A DNA stretch of 64,000 nucleotides from a virus (taxonomy: Duplodnaviria; Caudoviricetes): the IMG/VR virus record IMGVR_UViG_3300027833_001738, positions 2,912-66,911 of that record, one strand, 5' to 3'. The notes under the pieces were generated by a model, which saw nothing but the letters and a program-made list of their open reading frames with translations, made no database searches and had not been told where the DNA came from. The first letter of the stretch is position 1; each line of letters begins with the position of its first letter. The position numbers were made by a program, and so were the translations under genes. Positions 35,778-45,883 of the stretch are shown piece after piece.

Positions 35778-36533
35778 ATGCGTGATATTTTAAAAGATAT
35801 TGTAAAACATACACACTCACTTGGAATTATCCAAGCGGCTAAAGTGACAACAGATACTGAAGGAACTACAATCGATGCAATGGACGATGACCGTACTGTT
35901 GTTTTGCGTGGTAAACTGCATTCACCTGTTGCTGAATTCGAAGGTAAGTTTGGTCTAGGTAGACTAGGCGTACTTAACGGACTACTTAGTTATAGCAGTG
36001 AAGACAAAGAAGGCAACATGGCACAATCTGAAGTCAAGGTTGGTACAGAAACACGTAATGGCGAAGATGTAACCACTGAACTGAACTTCTCAATGCCGGG
36101 TGGCTTCGATAGTTCGTATCGTGTAATCGTATCAGAACTAGTAGACGCACAAATCAAAACTGCAAGTTTTCGTGGTGCGGCATGGAATGTAGAGATTATG
36201 CCTACACAAAAAGCAATCAAAGACCTACAATACTTTGCAGGTATTCTTGGTGCATTTGACCCGTTACTTACTGCAAGAACAGTCAACGGTAATCTAGTAT
36301 TTTACATTGGCGACAGTTCAACCGATAAAGTAGAACTTCCATTCGCTAATAACGTAGAAGGTGAACTAAAGACAGGTTGGTCTTTTCCGTTATCAACAGT
36401 TCTAACTATTCTTAAACTAAGTGACACAAGCACAATGAACATGAAGATTTCAGACCAAGGTGCTATGATGATTGCAGTTGATAGTGGTTTAGGTATGTAT
36501 GAATACATTTTACCAGCAAAAGCAGGTAACTAA
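35778..36533 (+). CDS. putative DNA polymerase sliding clamp
   Basis: 251 aa, near PolB, two-domain alpha/beta pattern, C-terminal ISDQGAM.I.VDSG...YEYILP. Confidence 0.65.
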   Translation: MRDILKDIVKHTHSLGIIQAAKVTTDTEGTTIDAMDDDRTVVLRGKLHSPVAEFEGKFGLGRLGVLNGLLSYSSEDKEGNMAQSEVKVGTETRNGEDVTTELNFSMPGGFDSSYRVIVSELVDAQIKTASFRGAAWNVEIMPTQKAIKDLQYFAGILGAFDPLLTARTVNGNLVFYIGDSSTDKVELPFANNVEGELKTGWSFPLSTVLTILKLSDTSTMNMKISDQGAMMIAVDSGLGMYEYILPAKAGN

Positions 36534-36573
36534 TATATAAATACACCAGAGAGGTCTAATATAGGAGAAGTAA

Positions 36574-36783
36574 ATGACTACACCCGTAAGACCAGACGTT
36601 GATGAAAAGAAACGTACACGGCTCATATATCTAAAAAAACAACACAGAGACCTAGACAATGGTATCACTACTGCATATAAAATGCGTACTGAAGACTTAA
36701 TAGTTTCTAAACTCAAGTTGAAGAAGTTACATCTAAAAGAAGAAATTCTAAAATTAGAAGAAGAGTTAGCAGAGAACTTGTGA
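36574..36783 (+). CDS. DUF465/YdcH-family protein
   Basis: L...HRDLD..I......LKLKKLHLKEEI..L. Confidence 0.8.
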   Translation: MTTPVRPDVDEKKRTRLIYLKKQHRDLDNGITTAYKMRTEDLIVSKLKLKKLHLKEEILKLEEELAENL

Positions 36784-37331
36784 CTATTATAAAACCAACT
36801 CCAAAGACTATACAAAATCTGATTAGAGTAATACCAGACCATCCTAGGCCTGGTGTTCTCTATCAGGATATGGCTAGTATATTTAATGCACCTCAAGGTC
36901 TACAACATGTAATGACTTTGTTTTCGGACTATATTGAAACAAACAATATTGAGTTTAACAAAATCATTGGGCTAGATGCTCGTGGATTTCCTATGGCAGG
37001 TGCATTAAGTTCACAAACTGGTATACCATTTTCTATGGCTAGAAAGAAAGGTAAACTACCAGGTGAAACTATCTTTACACAATATGAACTAGAATATGGA
37101 ACTGATGAATTACATCTACAGAAAGATGCAATACAAAGAGGTGACAAAGTTCTGGTCATAGATGATGTTATTGCAACTGGTGGGACACTAGGTGCTGTGA
37201 TTACATTAACTGATAGATTTGGTGCTGATATTAGTAGTATACTAAGTATAATGGAACTAGAGTTTTTAGGTGGTGGTGCTAAGTTACGAGACGACGGCTA
37301 CGATGTATACTCTATACTCCAAGAACAATAA
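36780..37331 (+). CDS. apt: adenine phosphoribosyltransferase
   Basis: IPD.P.PG, DARGF, RKKGKLPG, YELEYG, VIDDVIATGGT PRPP loop. Confidence 0.93.
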   Translation: MTIIKPTPKTIQNLIRVIPDHPRPGVLYQDMASIFNAPQGLQHVMTLFSDYIETNNIEFNKIIGLDARGFPMAGALSSQTGIPFSMARKKGKLPGETIFTQYELEYGTDELHLQKDAIQRGDKVLVIDDVIATGGTLGAVITLTDRFGADISSILSIMELEFLGGGAKLRDDGYDVYSILQEQ

Positions 37332-37350
37332 CATAAATTAAAGGGTTTAA

Positions 37351-38433
37351 ATGAACAACTATATTTTTACAAGCGAAAGTGTAAGCGATGGACATCCAGA
37401 TAAAGTTTCTGACCAGATTAGTGATGCATTAGTTGATGCAGGACTAAAGAATGGTGATGAAACTACTCGTGTTGCTATCGAAACACTTGTAACCACTAAC
37501 CATGTAACAGTAGCGGGTGAAGTAAAGAACTTTAACGTAGATAATGTAAAAGATATCATACGAGATAAAGTTAAAGAAATTGGATACGAACAAGATGGAT
37601 TCCATTGGGATAATCTAAACATCTATGACGAGATTCATGCACAGTCAGGTGACATTGGATTGGGAACAGATAACTTCGGTGCAGGTGACCAAGGTATTAT
37701 GTTTGGCTATGCAACTAATGAGAATGATGCAATGCTACCAGCACCAATTCATTACTCACATGAAATTCTAAAGAAACTAAAAGAACTTCGATTAGATGGG
37801 TATGAATTCTTACTACCAGATGCAAAATCACAAGTAAGTATTCAATATGTTGGCGGTCGTGTTCAACGTGCAGACCAAATCGTAGTAAGTACGCAACATA
37901 AAAAGGGCTTTGAGCATAGTCTCAGGTCACCTGTCAAAGATGCAGTCAACAGTGTAATGGGAGATTTAATAGACAATGAAACTACTTGGCATATCAATCC
38001 TACAGGCAATTTTGTCATTGGTGGTCCTGATGGCGATACAGGACTCACCGGGCGTAAGATTATCGTTGATACTTATGGTGGCTATGCTCCCCATGGTGGT
38101 GGTGCCTTTTCTGGAAAAGACCCCACAAAAGTCGACCGAAGTGCCGCCTACATGGCAAGGTGGTTAGCAAAAAATGTTGTAGCAGATAATATGGCAGATT
38201 GGTGTCAAATTCAATTGTCATATGCTATTGGCGTTAAAGAGCCTACAAGCATTTATATAGATAGCAATGGACACAACAGAACTATTCAAAAGTTTATCGA
38301 AGAAAACATTGACCTAACACCAAAGGGTATCATTGATAGATTTGATTTATTCAAGTTTTATGGTTATAGTGAAAACTGTACATATGGACATTTTGGTGAT
38401 AAAGATGTTCCGTGGGAAAAGATTGGATGGTAA
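37351..38433 (+). CDS. metK: S-adenosylmethionine synthetase
   Basis: FTSESV..GHPDK, GAGDQG, GGP.GD.GLTGRKIIVDTYGG, GGGAFSGKDPTKVDRS. Confidence 0.97.
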   Translation: MNNYIFTSESVSDGHPDKVSDQISDALVDAGLKNGDETTRVAIETLVTTNHVTVAGEVKNFNVDNVKDIIRDKVKEIGYEQDGFHWDNLNIYDEIHAQSGDIGLGTDNFGAGDQGIMFGYATNENDAMLPAPIHYSHEILKKLKELRLDGYEFLLPDAKSQVSIQYVGGRVQRADQIVVSTQHKKGFEHSLRSPVKDAVNSVMGDLIDNETTWHINPTGNFVIGGPDGDTGLTGRKIIVDTYGGYAPHGGGAFSGKDPTKVDRSAAYMARWLAKNVVADNMADWCQIQLSYAIGVKEPTSIYIDSNGHNRTIQKFIEENIDLTPKGIIDRFDLFKFYGYSENCTYGHFGDKDVPWEKIGW

Positions 38434-38454
38434 CAATTGAAAAGGAGAAATATA

Positions 38455-38922
38455 ATGGCAAAAACACTTAATCCAAGTTCATGGTTTGGCACACCAGAAG
38501 AAAAAGAACGAGCAGTTGCTAGGCGAATTACAGATGAAAAAGAACAAGCAATTGCACTAGAAGAAATCAATTTCAAGTATGGTCACACAGACCAACATAC
38601 TTATGATAAGAATATGGCAACACACAAAGGTGAAGAATATGTTCGTGTTGTTGGTATGGAACTAGACAATGATAAACCAGGACAAGGTTTTTTTGAATTA
38701 GATTTCAATGACCACTTTGTAGAATATCTAGCAAAGGCTGGTTATGATGGATTAGAGCCAGAACAAATTGTTGATAATTGGTTCAGTGACTTATGTAAGA
38801 ACATTGTACTAAATGATTTAGAAGATGAAGAAGGCATTAGAAGAAGTGTAATGGCTGATAGCAAGGATGGACTAATCATTAGTAAAGTCAAAACTGACAA
38901 GGATACTTCAGAATATTATTAA
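38455..38922 (+). CDS. phage hypothetical protein
   Basis: ATG 38455 after AAGGAG; GFFELD.N..F...L..AGY....VDNWF. Confidence 0.75.
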   Translation: MAKTLNPSSWFGTPEEKERAVARRITDEKEQAIALEEINFKYGHTDQHTYDKNMATHKGEEYVRVVGMELDNDKPGQGFFELDFNDHFVEYLAKAGYDGLEPEQIVDNWFSDLCKNIVLNDLEDEEGIRRSVMADSKDGLIISKVKTDKDTSEYY

Positions 38923-38924
38923 AC

Positions 38925-38953
38925 TTGACCATTTTAGCAAGTTGTGTTATAAT
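38925..38953 (+). promoter_or_regulatory. sigma70-type promoter
   Basis: TTGACC-N17-TATAAT with TG extension. Confidence 0.7.
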
Positions 38954-38985
38954 AGTAGTAACTTTAATACAGTAGTGAGGAATAC

Positions 38986-39984
38986 ATGAGTACCTACATC
39001 TTAGTTGATTCGTTTAATATGTATCATAGAGCCAAACACGTAGCAATGCGTGGTGCTAATATTGATATGAAAATTGGTATGGCATATCATATTATGCTTA
39101 GTAGTGTAAAACTATGTTATAACAAATTCAATGCAGACCATGCCGTGTTCTGTTTAGAAGGTCGTAGTTGGCGTAAAGACTTCTATGAACCATATAAGAA
39201 GAATAGACAAGTCGCCCGTATGGCTAAGAGTGTCAGAGAACAAGAAGAAGACCAAATCATGTTCGATGCATATGCAGATATGGTAGAGTTTTTAGATACA
39301 AAAACTAATGTAACTATGTTACGAAATCCAGAAGCAGAAGCAGACGATATGATTGCTTTATTTATTGAGGCGCATCCAAATGATAATCATATTATCATAT
39401 CAAGCGATAGTGATTACTTTCAACTTATCACCGACAATGTAACTATGTATGATGGTGTACAAAATCGTATCATTACTAAAGATGGTTTCTTTAAAGATGA
39501 TAAGAATATGACTCCTATCAAAGAGAAGAAGACTGGTGAAATCAAAGAGAAAGTAGACCCAGAGTGGGCATTATTTGAGAAATGTGTCCGTGGTGATACA
39601 TCAGATAATATATTTTCAGCATATCCTGGTTGTCGTAAGAAAGGTACTAAGAACAAGATTGGTATGTTAGAAGCATTCGCAGATAAAGATGCTGGTGGTT
39701 TCAACTGGAATAACTTTATGTTACAACGTTGGACTGACCATAATGGTGAAGAACATACAGTACGTGAAGACTATGAACGTAATGTCAAACTGGTAGACTT
39801 AAAGGCTCAACCACACGAACTTAAAGTAAAGTTTATTGAAACTATTGCAGAGAATAGTATTCCTAAGACTAATGCTGGTGTTGGTATGAACTTCTTAAAG
39901 TTCTGTGGCATACACGATTTACAAAATCTTGCTAAGTCACCTGACGAACTTGCTAAAATACTTAACAATCCATATCCGTCCTAA
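38986..39984 (+). CDS. rnh: RNase H / 5'-3' flap exonuclease (T4 rnh-like)
   Basis: LVD..N, SWRK..Y..YK.NR, EADD, SSDSD..QL, GD.SDNI. Confidence 0.9.
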   Translation: MSTYILVDSFNMYHRAKHVAMRGANIDMKIGMAYHIMLSSVKLCYNKFNADHAVFCLEGRSWRKDFYEPYKKNRQVARMAKSVREQEEDQIMFDAYADMVEFLDTKTNVTMLRNPEAEADDMIALFIEAHPNDNHIIISSDSDYFQLITDNVTMYDGVQNRIITKDGFFKDDKNMTPIKEKKTGEIKEKVDPEWALFEKCVRGDTSDNIFSAYPGCRKKGTKNKIGMLEAFADKDAGGFNWNNFMLQRWTDHNGEEHTVREDYERNVKLVDLKAQPHELKVKFIETIAENSIPKTNAGVGMNFLKFCGIHDLQNLAKSPDELAKILNNPYPS

Positions 39985-40703
39985 TGCATTTTATATTTGA
40001 TGTAGACGGTACTCTAACTCCAAGTAGAGATAGAATAGATGAAGACTTTAGACTATGGTTCTTAGAGTTCATCAAGTGGAATAATGTACACTTAGTTACA
40101 GGAAGTGATAGAAGTAAAACAGAAGAACAAGTTGGTTTAGAAGTATTTGAAAAGGTAGAATGTGTATACAATTCTTCGGGTAATACAAAACATAAGAATG
40201 GTGTATGCGTATTCAATACTAAAGATTTAGAACTACCACGTGATGCACATGCGTTCTTACTAAAAAAATCTATTAGTAGTGATTTTGATATTGCCACTGG
40301 TAATCATTTTGAATCAAGACCAGGATTGTTAAACTTTAGTATCGTTGGCAGAAATGCTAACAGAGTACAACGAAAGAAATACGTTAAGTTTGATACTGCA
40401 ACTAACGAAAGACAACTTATTTCTGATGAATTTAATAAAAAATTTACTGGCAAGTTTGGTCTAATATCACAGGTTGCAGGTGAAACAGGATTAGATATTA
40501 TTGAGATAGGTAAAGACAAAGCACAAATATTAAAGGATTTTACATTCCAAGATAAGTTGATATTCTTTGGTGACAACATACAATGGGGCGGAAACGATTA
40601 TGGTATTGCACAAGCAATTGAATATGGTCCATATGCATATAGTGAATGTCACAATGTAAAGAATTGGAAAGAAACTTGGAAGATACTAAAAAGATTTAAA
40701 TGA
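39984..40703 (+). CDS. HAD-IIB phosphomannomutase-like phosphatase/mutase
   Basis: FDVDGTLTP, VTGSD, E.R.G..NFS..GR, FFGD....GNDY. Confidence 0.85.
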   Translation: MHFIFDVDGTLTPSRDRIDEDFRLWFLEFIKWNNVHLVTGSDRSKTEEQVGLEVFEKVECVYNSSGNTKHKNGVCVFNTKDLELPRDAHAFLLKKSISSDFDIATGNHFESRPGLLNFSIVGRNANRVQRKKYVKFDTATNERQLISDEFNKKFTGKFGLISQVAGETGLDIIEIGKDKAQILKDFTFQDKLIFFGDNIQWGGNDYGIAQAIEYGPYAYSECHNVKNWKETWKILKRFK

Positions 40704-41233
40704 TATATACGAAAGAAATAGTTAAAGATAAGTTTTGGATTGTAGAGAATTCAGGAGTCAAAATAGGAACAATACGTTTCTGTTCGTCTGATGATTTTGA
40801 ATTGAATTTGAGAGACGATGAACTATCAACTAACGAGCATATATCATTATCTGAACTCACCTCACGTTTTGGTGAAAAGATACTAGAAGCAAAAGAAACT
40901 ACTGTAAAGATTGTTGATGAAAACAAAGTAGGACCTCGTGGTGGATGGAATACTTCGCCAGCCGATATCGATGGCTATCCCTCTAAACATGTAGTATATA
41001 ATACTGAAACAGTTGAACTAAAAGACAAACAAATTCCAACTTATACCAAGAGTGCGACAAGCAAAGTAAGATATGCCGCTGGATATTATGGAGTAAGATT
41101 TCCAAGTGACTGGCGATGGTTTTATGGTGGCAAACTAGAAACACTAAATACATGTGATTTCATAGGACCTTTTAAAACGAAATCAGAAATGCAAACTGAA
41201 ACATTATTGGCGAACAAACGAGATGGATTATAA
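40700..41233 (+). CDS. phage hypothetical protein
   Basis: Coupled ORF; DKFWIVE, P.YTK...S....AGYY, GPFKT. Confidence 0.75.
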   Translation: MIYTKEIVKDKFWIVENSGVKIGTIRFCSSDDFELNLRDDELSTNEHISLSELTSRFGEKILEAKETTVKIVDENKVGPRGGWNTSPADIDGYPSKHVVYNTETVELKDKQIPTYTKSATSKVRYAAGYYGVRFPSDWRWFYGGKLETLNTCDFIGPFKTKSEMQTETLLANKRDGL

Positions 41234-41414
41234 AAGTTTAAAAGATTTTCTAGCAACAATCAAACGTATAAATCTAAGAGGCGATAACAAGATAGTATTG
41301 CCAATGAAAGATGCAATAGATATTCAAAATGATATTGCTTTACTATTACTAGAACTAAAAGACAAGGACTCAGGAACAACTAAAGTTTTTGATGGTGGGA
41401 CCTTTGATAATTGA
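41223..41414 (+). CDS. hypothetical protein
   Basis: 63 aa ending DGGTF; coupled to its neighbours. Confidence 0.7.
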   Translation: MDYKSLKDFLATIKRINLRGDNKIVLPMKDAIDIQNDIALLLLELKDKDSGTTKVFDGGTFDN

Positions 41415-42090
41415 TGTAAAAACATGGATATTTGGTACTACATCAGACTTGAGTAAAAAGATTATAAGCAATGTAGAAGAACCTATTCTATTTGGTAGGC
41501 ATAATGTAGATTATAGTAACCCAGATAAGTTCATAAAAGAACACGTAGTTGATGATATGCCAATTGAAATGATTGTTAATATTCATCTTCCACATATATC
41601 AAGTTCTACCCCTTTAACTAACATCAACGAATTTAATAATCTTTTTGTAGAACAGAATAGTAATATATTCTTCTTTTATAAACTACTTACTGCTACTGCT
41701 GATATGAAGAAACCAGTAAAGGTTTGCTTTATAACAAGTACTTTTCCTAATACATCTTGTGTGAAAATGAAGAAAGATATAATATCACAAGACCACATAG
41801 AAAGTGTTATTGGGTTTCAAAATTACTTTACTTATGCCAGTGCTAGAGCCATTCAACAGTTTGCATTCTTTTCTAGGACTAATGAATATACAAAATCTAT
41901 AGGTGTTAGTCCGTCAGGTATAAATGAGAGTAACATAGACGAATACGCAAAAAGAATAACAAATATAGTTAAAGAAGACCGAACAGATAAACAATGGGGT
42001 TGCGTATACGATTTAAGTAGACCAGAAGGTTGGTCAGAAACATGGCCAGATGCTGATATGTGTAACGGTTTCTGGTTTTTCTATGACTAA
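41392..42090 (+). CDS. degenerate SDR/Rossmann-like protein
   Basis: WIFGTTSDL, FITS, Y...R in place of the SDR Y...K, vSP; start uncertain. Confidence 0.45.
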   Translation: MVGPLIIDVKTWIFGTTSDLSKKIISNVEEPILFGRHNVDYSNPDKFIKEHVVDDMPIEMIVNIHLPHISSSTPLTNINEFNNLFVEQNSNIFFFYKLLTATADMKKPVKVCFITSTFPNTSCVKMKKDIISQDHIESVIGFQNYFTYASARAIQQFAFFSRTNEYTKSIGVSPSGINESNIDEYAKRITNIVKEDRTDKQWGCVYDLSRPEGWSETWPDADMCNGFWFFYD

Positions 42091-42162
42091 AATAACTATT
42101 ATATACGTATGTTATAGAGGAAATTAGATAAATAAGAGTATAATCAATACGAGGATACTCAT

Positions 42163-42450
42163 ATGGCTAGACCTAAACCAACGATAATCTTAGAGCATAC
42201 AGATAATCAAACATATCGCAGTGAGCAAGTACTCAAAGCAACCGCTGTCTACTCCGTCTTTTATAAAGGGGTAGCCATTAACTTACGTAGCCTAAATTCA
42301 TTGGTTAATTTTCCTGGTCCAAAATACAAGAAAGTATCATTCAGTAACCCTGGACACGCAATCAACTTAGCACAACGATTAAATAAATTGTTTAGATGTG
42401 ATGATTTCGAGGTATACATACTTACTAAGGGTGACAAACTAGAGTTGTAA
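42163..42450 (+). CDS. phage hypothetical protein
   Basis: Late promoter at 42127, GAGG SD; MARPKP...GPKYKKVSFSNPGHA.NLA..LN. Confidence 0.8.
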   Translation: MARPKPTIILEHTDNQTYRSEQVLKATAVYSVFYKGVAINLRSLNSLVNFPGPKYKKVSFSNPGHAINLAQRLNKLFRCDDFEVYILTKGDKLEL

Positions 42451-42452
42451 AA

Positions 42453-42842
42453 GTGAATAAGAGAGAGTTAATAAACTATATTAACAAACACACAACTGGA
42501 AAAACAGCAGGCAGAAAAGAAATTACTATTAGTGATATCTTTATCAGCGCCCGTCCTGATGCCGGCTTTAGAGTTTCGCCACTAGGCAGAGATATTCTTG
42601 CTAAACATTTCACTAGATATAACATAGAACTAAAGTTGAATTCAACTACCTTACATAAGCATAGACAAAATGCAATAGGAACAGGCAACCAAATACTTAC
42701 ACTTGATAAGTATCTTAAAACACCATATTATCTAAACAGGTCTAAACTAGTTCTATTTGAAGAAGTTGCCGCGGCTGAACTCTCAATGATTGATGGTGAC
42801 ATAGAACTATGGCTACGAAATAAAACTTTTTATTCTGATTAA
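42453..42842 (+). CDS. hypothetical protein
   Basis: GTG start, 129 aa. Confidence 0.7.
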   Translation: MNKRELINYINKHTTGKTAGRKEITISDIFISARPDAGFRVSPLGRDILAKHFTRYNIELKLNSTTLHKHRQNAIGTGNQILTLDKYLKTPYYLNRSKLVLFEEVAAAELSMIDGDIELWLRNKTFYSD

Positions 42843-42900
42843 GAACTTGACAAATCCTCGAATCGATGTATACTATAAGTATAGTTAATCATTAAGAGGA
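42843..42900 (+). promoter_or_regulatory. repeated early-promoter cassette (AACTTGACAA, 16-bp spacer to -10)
   Basis: TTGACA at 42847, 43171, 49298, 50166 and 50947; the 42847 and 50947 copies share TGTATACTATAAGTATAGTTAA and an AAGAGG SD. Confidence 0.8.
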
Positions 42901-42909
42901 CAATAAGTA

Positions 42910-43161
42910 ATGACTAATCCGTACAAATTCGAAGTTCTTGTTCGCCATTTCAACGAATCAGTAAATCTACAAGAAAATAAAATGTCAGATGGCACTATCA
43001 ACTGGAATTTTGTTGATGCCGACCTGTGTTTGCGTGGATGGGATGTTGCCTTCGGTCGTGATGAATGGGATTCTATTTTCTGTAAAATGGCAGATGATTT
43101 CATCCTTAATGATGCGGCCTCGAAATTAGAGGTTCTTAAAAAAGAATATTTGGGTCAATAA
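42910..43161 (+). CDS. hypothetical early protein
   Basis: Has its own promoter and SD; DG.INWNFVDAD motif. Confidence 0.75.
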   Translation: MTNPYKFEVLVRHFNESVNLQENKMSDGTINWNFVDADLCLRGWDVAFGRDEWDSIFCKMADDFILNDAASKLEVLKKEYLGQ

Positions 43162-43227
43162 GTGAAAAACTTGACAAATCCCCGAATCGTGTTACAATAA
43201 TAGTATATTAAATAGAGAGGTTAAGTT

Positions 43228-44352
43228 ATGAAAGTATCAACAAACGATTTAGATGTGAGAGTAGTTCGTCCTAGTGATGTACGTGCCGAGATTAATTACG
43301 CTATGAACCGAAAGCGTCCTGTATTCATATGGGGACCTCCTGGTGTTGGTAAATCAGAAATTGTAGATAGTATTACACAAGAACGTTCTGGTTATATGAT
43401 TGACCTTCGTCTCGCTCTTATGGAGCCTACAGATTTACGAGGTATTCCATACTTCAACGAGAAGAATGGTACTATGGAATGGGCCACACCTTCAGATTTG
43501 CCTAGCCAAGAACTTGCTGACCAATATGAAAGTGTTGTTCTTTTCTTAGATGAAATGAACCAAGCACCACAATCAGTTCAAGCCGCGGCTTATCAGTTAA
43601 TTCTAAACCGTCGTTTAGGTTCTTATGTGCTACCAGATAACGTGTTAATCGTTGCGGCTGGTAACCGTGAAAGTGACCGAGGTGTTGCATATCGTATGCC
43701 TTCACCACTTGCTAACCGTTTTGTTCACCTTGAAATGGGTGTTGACTTCGAAGATTGGCAGACTTGGGCATTAGAGAACAAAATCAGTGCCGATGTGGTT
43801 GGTTTCTTAACGTCTAACAAGATGGACTTATTCAACTTTGACCCACGTCAGGCGAGCCGAGCCTTTGCTACTCCTCGTTCATGGACTTTTGTTTCTGAAA
43901 TGTTACCACAAGAAGGTGAAGAAATTTCACAAAGTCGTTTACATGATTTGATTGCTGGTACAGTTGGCGATGGTGTTGCTACTAAGTTTATGGCTCACAG
44001 AGCCTTGTCAAGTAAGTTGCCTGTTCCTTCTGATATCTTAGATGGTAAAGTTACAACTCTTTCACCAGAAGCACGTGAGATTTCAGCGATGTTCTCGTTA
44101 ACAACTTCGCTATGTTATGAGTTAAAAGACTTTGTTGACCGTAACGGTAAAGATAAGATGGATGAGTTATACAGCATGGCTAATAACTTCTTCAAGTTTA
44201 TGATGGAAAACTTTGATACTGAAATGACAGTATTAGGTGGTAGAACTGCTCTTAAAGTTTACAAACTTCCATTAGAGCCTCGTAAAGTGCCTTGCATTGA
44301 AGACTTCTTCAAAAAGCATGGTAAACTTATCATCGAGGCCCATAACGCCTAA
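43228..44352 (+). CDS. MoxR-type AAA+ ATPase
   Basis: WGPPGVGKS, D.RG.P, LFLDE.N.A, AAGN, PL.NRF.H, TPRSW. Confidence 0.9.
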   Translation: MKVSTNDLDVRVVRPSDVRAEINYAMNRKRPVFIWGPPGVGKSEIVDSITQERSGYMIDLRLALMEPTDLRGIPYFNEKNGTMEWATPSDLPSQELADQYESVVLFLDEMNQAPQSVQAAAYQLILNRRLGSYVLPDNVLIVAAGNRESDRGVAYRMPSPLANRFVHLEMGVDFEDWQTWALENKISADVVGFLTSNKMDLFNFDPRQASRAFATPRSWTFVSEMLPQEGEEISQSRLHDLIAGTVGDGVATKFMAHRALSSKLPVPSDILDGKVTTLSPEAREISAMFSLTTSLCYELKDFVDRNGKDKMDELYSMANNFFKFMMENFDTEMTVLGGRTALKVYKLPLEPRKVPCIEDFFKKHGKLIIEAHNA

Positions 44353-44364
44353 AAGAATAGCCCA

Positions 44365-44454
44365 CTAGGGGGCTGCCGGGATACGTAAGGTATCAGGTAA
44401 TCCTAGACTACAGGAGACGGGAGGCTAGCAGAAATGTTAGTCTCCTTTACTGTA
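44365..44454 (+). terminator. two-hairpin intergenic structure including a GAAA-tetraloop terminator-like stem
   Basis: CTAGG..GATAC/GTATC..CCTAG hairpin; GGAGGCTAGCA-GAAA-TGTTAGTCTCC-TTT. Confidence 0.55.
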
Positions 44455-44462
44455 TGTCCCTA

Positions 44463-44491
44463 TTGACTTTCCTTGATTTCTATGGTATACT
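44463..44491 (+). promoter_or_regulatory. sigma70 promoter, predicted leaderless transcript
   Basis: TTGACT-N17-TATACT with 6 nt between the -10 and the ATG at 44498; no SD. Confidence 0.65.
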
Positions 44492-44497
44492 GGTGTA

Positions 44498-45883
44498 ATG
44501 ATATTTGAAACTATAAAAAACCAATCACAATTACATCGGCATAAAACCGCAGTAATTTGTGGTGATAAACAATATACCTACACTGAACTTATTGAGAGTG
44601 TAGAAAAACTGGCTGCCGTTATGTCTACTGCATTTCGTCCAGGTGACAGATTGTTATTTGCTAGTGGCAAAGAATATCATTATATTAGAATGGTATTGGC
44701 ATGTGATATTCTCGGTGTAACATTCATGCCTACATTTCCAAATCTGCCAAAAGATGTAGTAAGTGGAATAGTAGAAGCAAGTTCACCAGACCATATTATA
44801 CTAACTGAGGCTGATGCTTTAGCCTTAGAACCGCACAACAAAGCATTGATATATTCTAAGAAAACAGACCACACATATACAGTATTATTCACAAGTGGTA
44901 CAACCGGTAAACCTAAAGCAGTTGCACATACGAGTGCAGGATGTTTGATGGCTTGTTTCAATAGTATTAGTGTGTATCAAATGAGTTCAAATGATGTAAT
45001 ACTATCTCAATTACCACCATCAACCGTAGGAGGCTTGTATCTATTCGCACTTCCAGGACTAATCAAAGGTTGTACAGTTGTAATCGAACAGTTCAATCCT
45101 AGACGATTTGTGAAGTTATGTGAAGAATTTAAACCAACAATAGGCATAATTGTTCCAGCAATGATACTTGCTATGCAGAATTTAAAGACATGGAATGAAT
45201 TAGATATGTCTCATTGGAGAGAACTAAGTGTTGGTAGCACAATTATACCAGAAGAAATGTTAGACATTCTATTCAGTAAAGGTGTCCCTACCATCAGAGA
45301 TTTATATGGGTGTACTGAAACTCAAGTTCCAGCATTCACATTCTTAATTGAACCAGATACTGAACACAAATTACAACTTGAATGTAATGACCAATATGAA
45401 TACAAATTAGATAGGCATGACCAGTTATGGTTAAAAAGTCCCCTACTAATGAGTAACTATCTGAATGTAGATGCAGAACTAGACAGTGATGGTTTTTGGT
45501 GTACGGGTGATGTATTTGAACGTAAGTATAATAAACTATTTTACAAGTCTCGTAGAAAAGATTTAATGAAAATCAACAGCCACAATGTATCACCAATTGG
45601 CATAGAAAATGCTATATTAGTATTAGACGGTGTTGATGAAGTATGCGTGATATCTAAAGAACGAGGTTTAGGTGAAAAATATATCGTAGCAATTATAAGT
45701 AGTCAGGACCCACAGATAAATAAATCGTTAGTAATGAACGCTATAGAAAGTAAACTCATGCCGTATGAACTTCCTAAAGATATAATCGTTACTAAAGAAA
45801 CTCTGCCTAGAAATCAGATGGGCAAAATACAGAGACATGTTATACAAGGCATATATGGAGAAGTCAATGAAGACCAAAGTTAA
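44498..45883 (+). CDS. adenylate-forming enzyme (acyl-CoA/acyl-ACP ligase, ANL superfamily)
   Basis: FTSGTTGKPK (A3), YG.TE (A5), TGD (A7), R.KD..K (A8), LPRN.MGKI (A10). Confidence 0.9.
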   Translation: MIFETIKNQSQLHRHKTAVICGDKQYTYTELIESVEKLAAVMSTAFRPGDRLLFASGKEYHYIRMVLACDILGVTFMPTFPNLPKDVVSGIVEASSPDHIILTEADALALEPHNKALIYSKKTDHTYTVLFTSGTTGKPKAVAHTSAGCLMACFNSISVYQMSSNDVILSQLPPSTVGGLYLFALPGLIKGCTVVIEQFNPRRFVKLCEEFKPTIGIIVPAMILAMQNLKTWNELDMSHWRELSVGSTIIPEEMLDILFSKGVPTIRDLYGCTETQVPAFTFLIEPDTEHKLQLECNDQYEYKLDRHDQLWLKSPLLMSNYLNVDAELDSDGFWCTGDVFERKYNKLFYKSRRKDLMKINSHNVSPIGIENAILVLDGVDEVCVISKERGLGEKYIVAIISSQDPQINKSLVMNAIESKLMPYELPKDIIVTKETLPRNQMGKIQRHVIQGIYGEVNEDQS

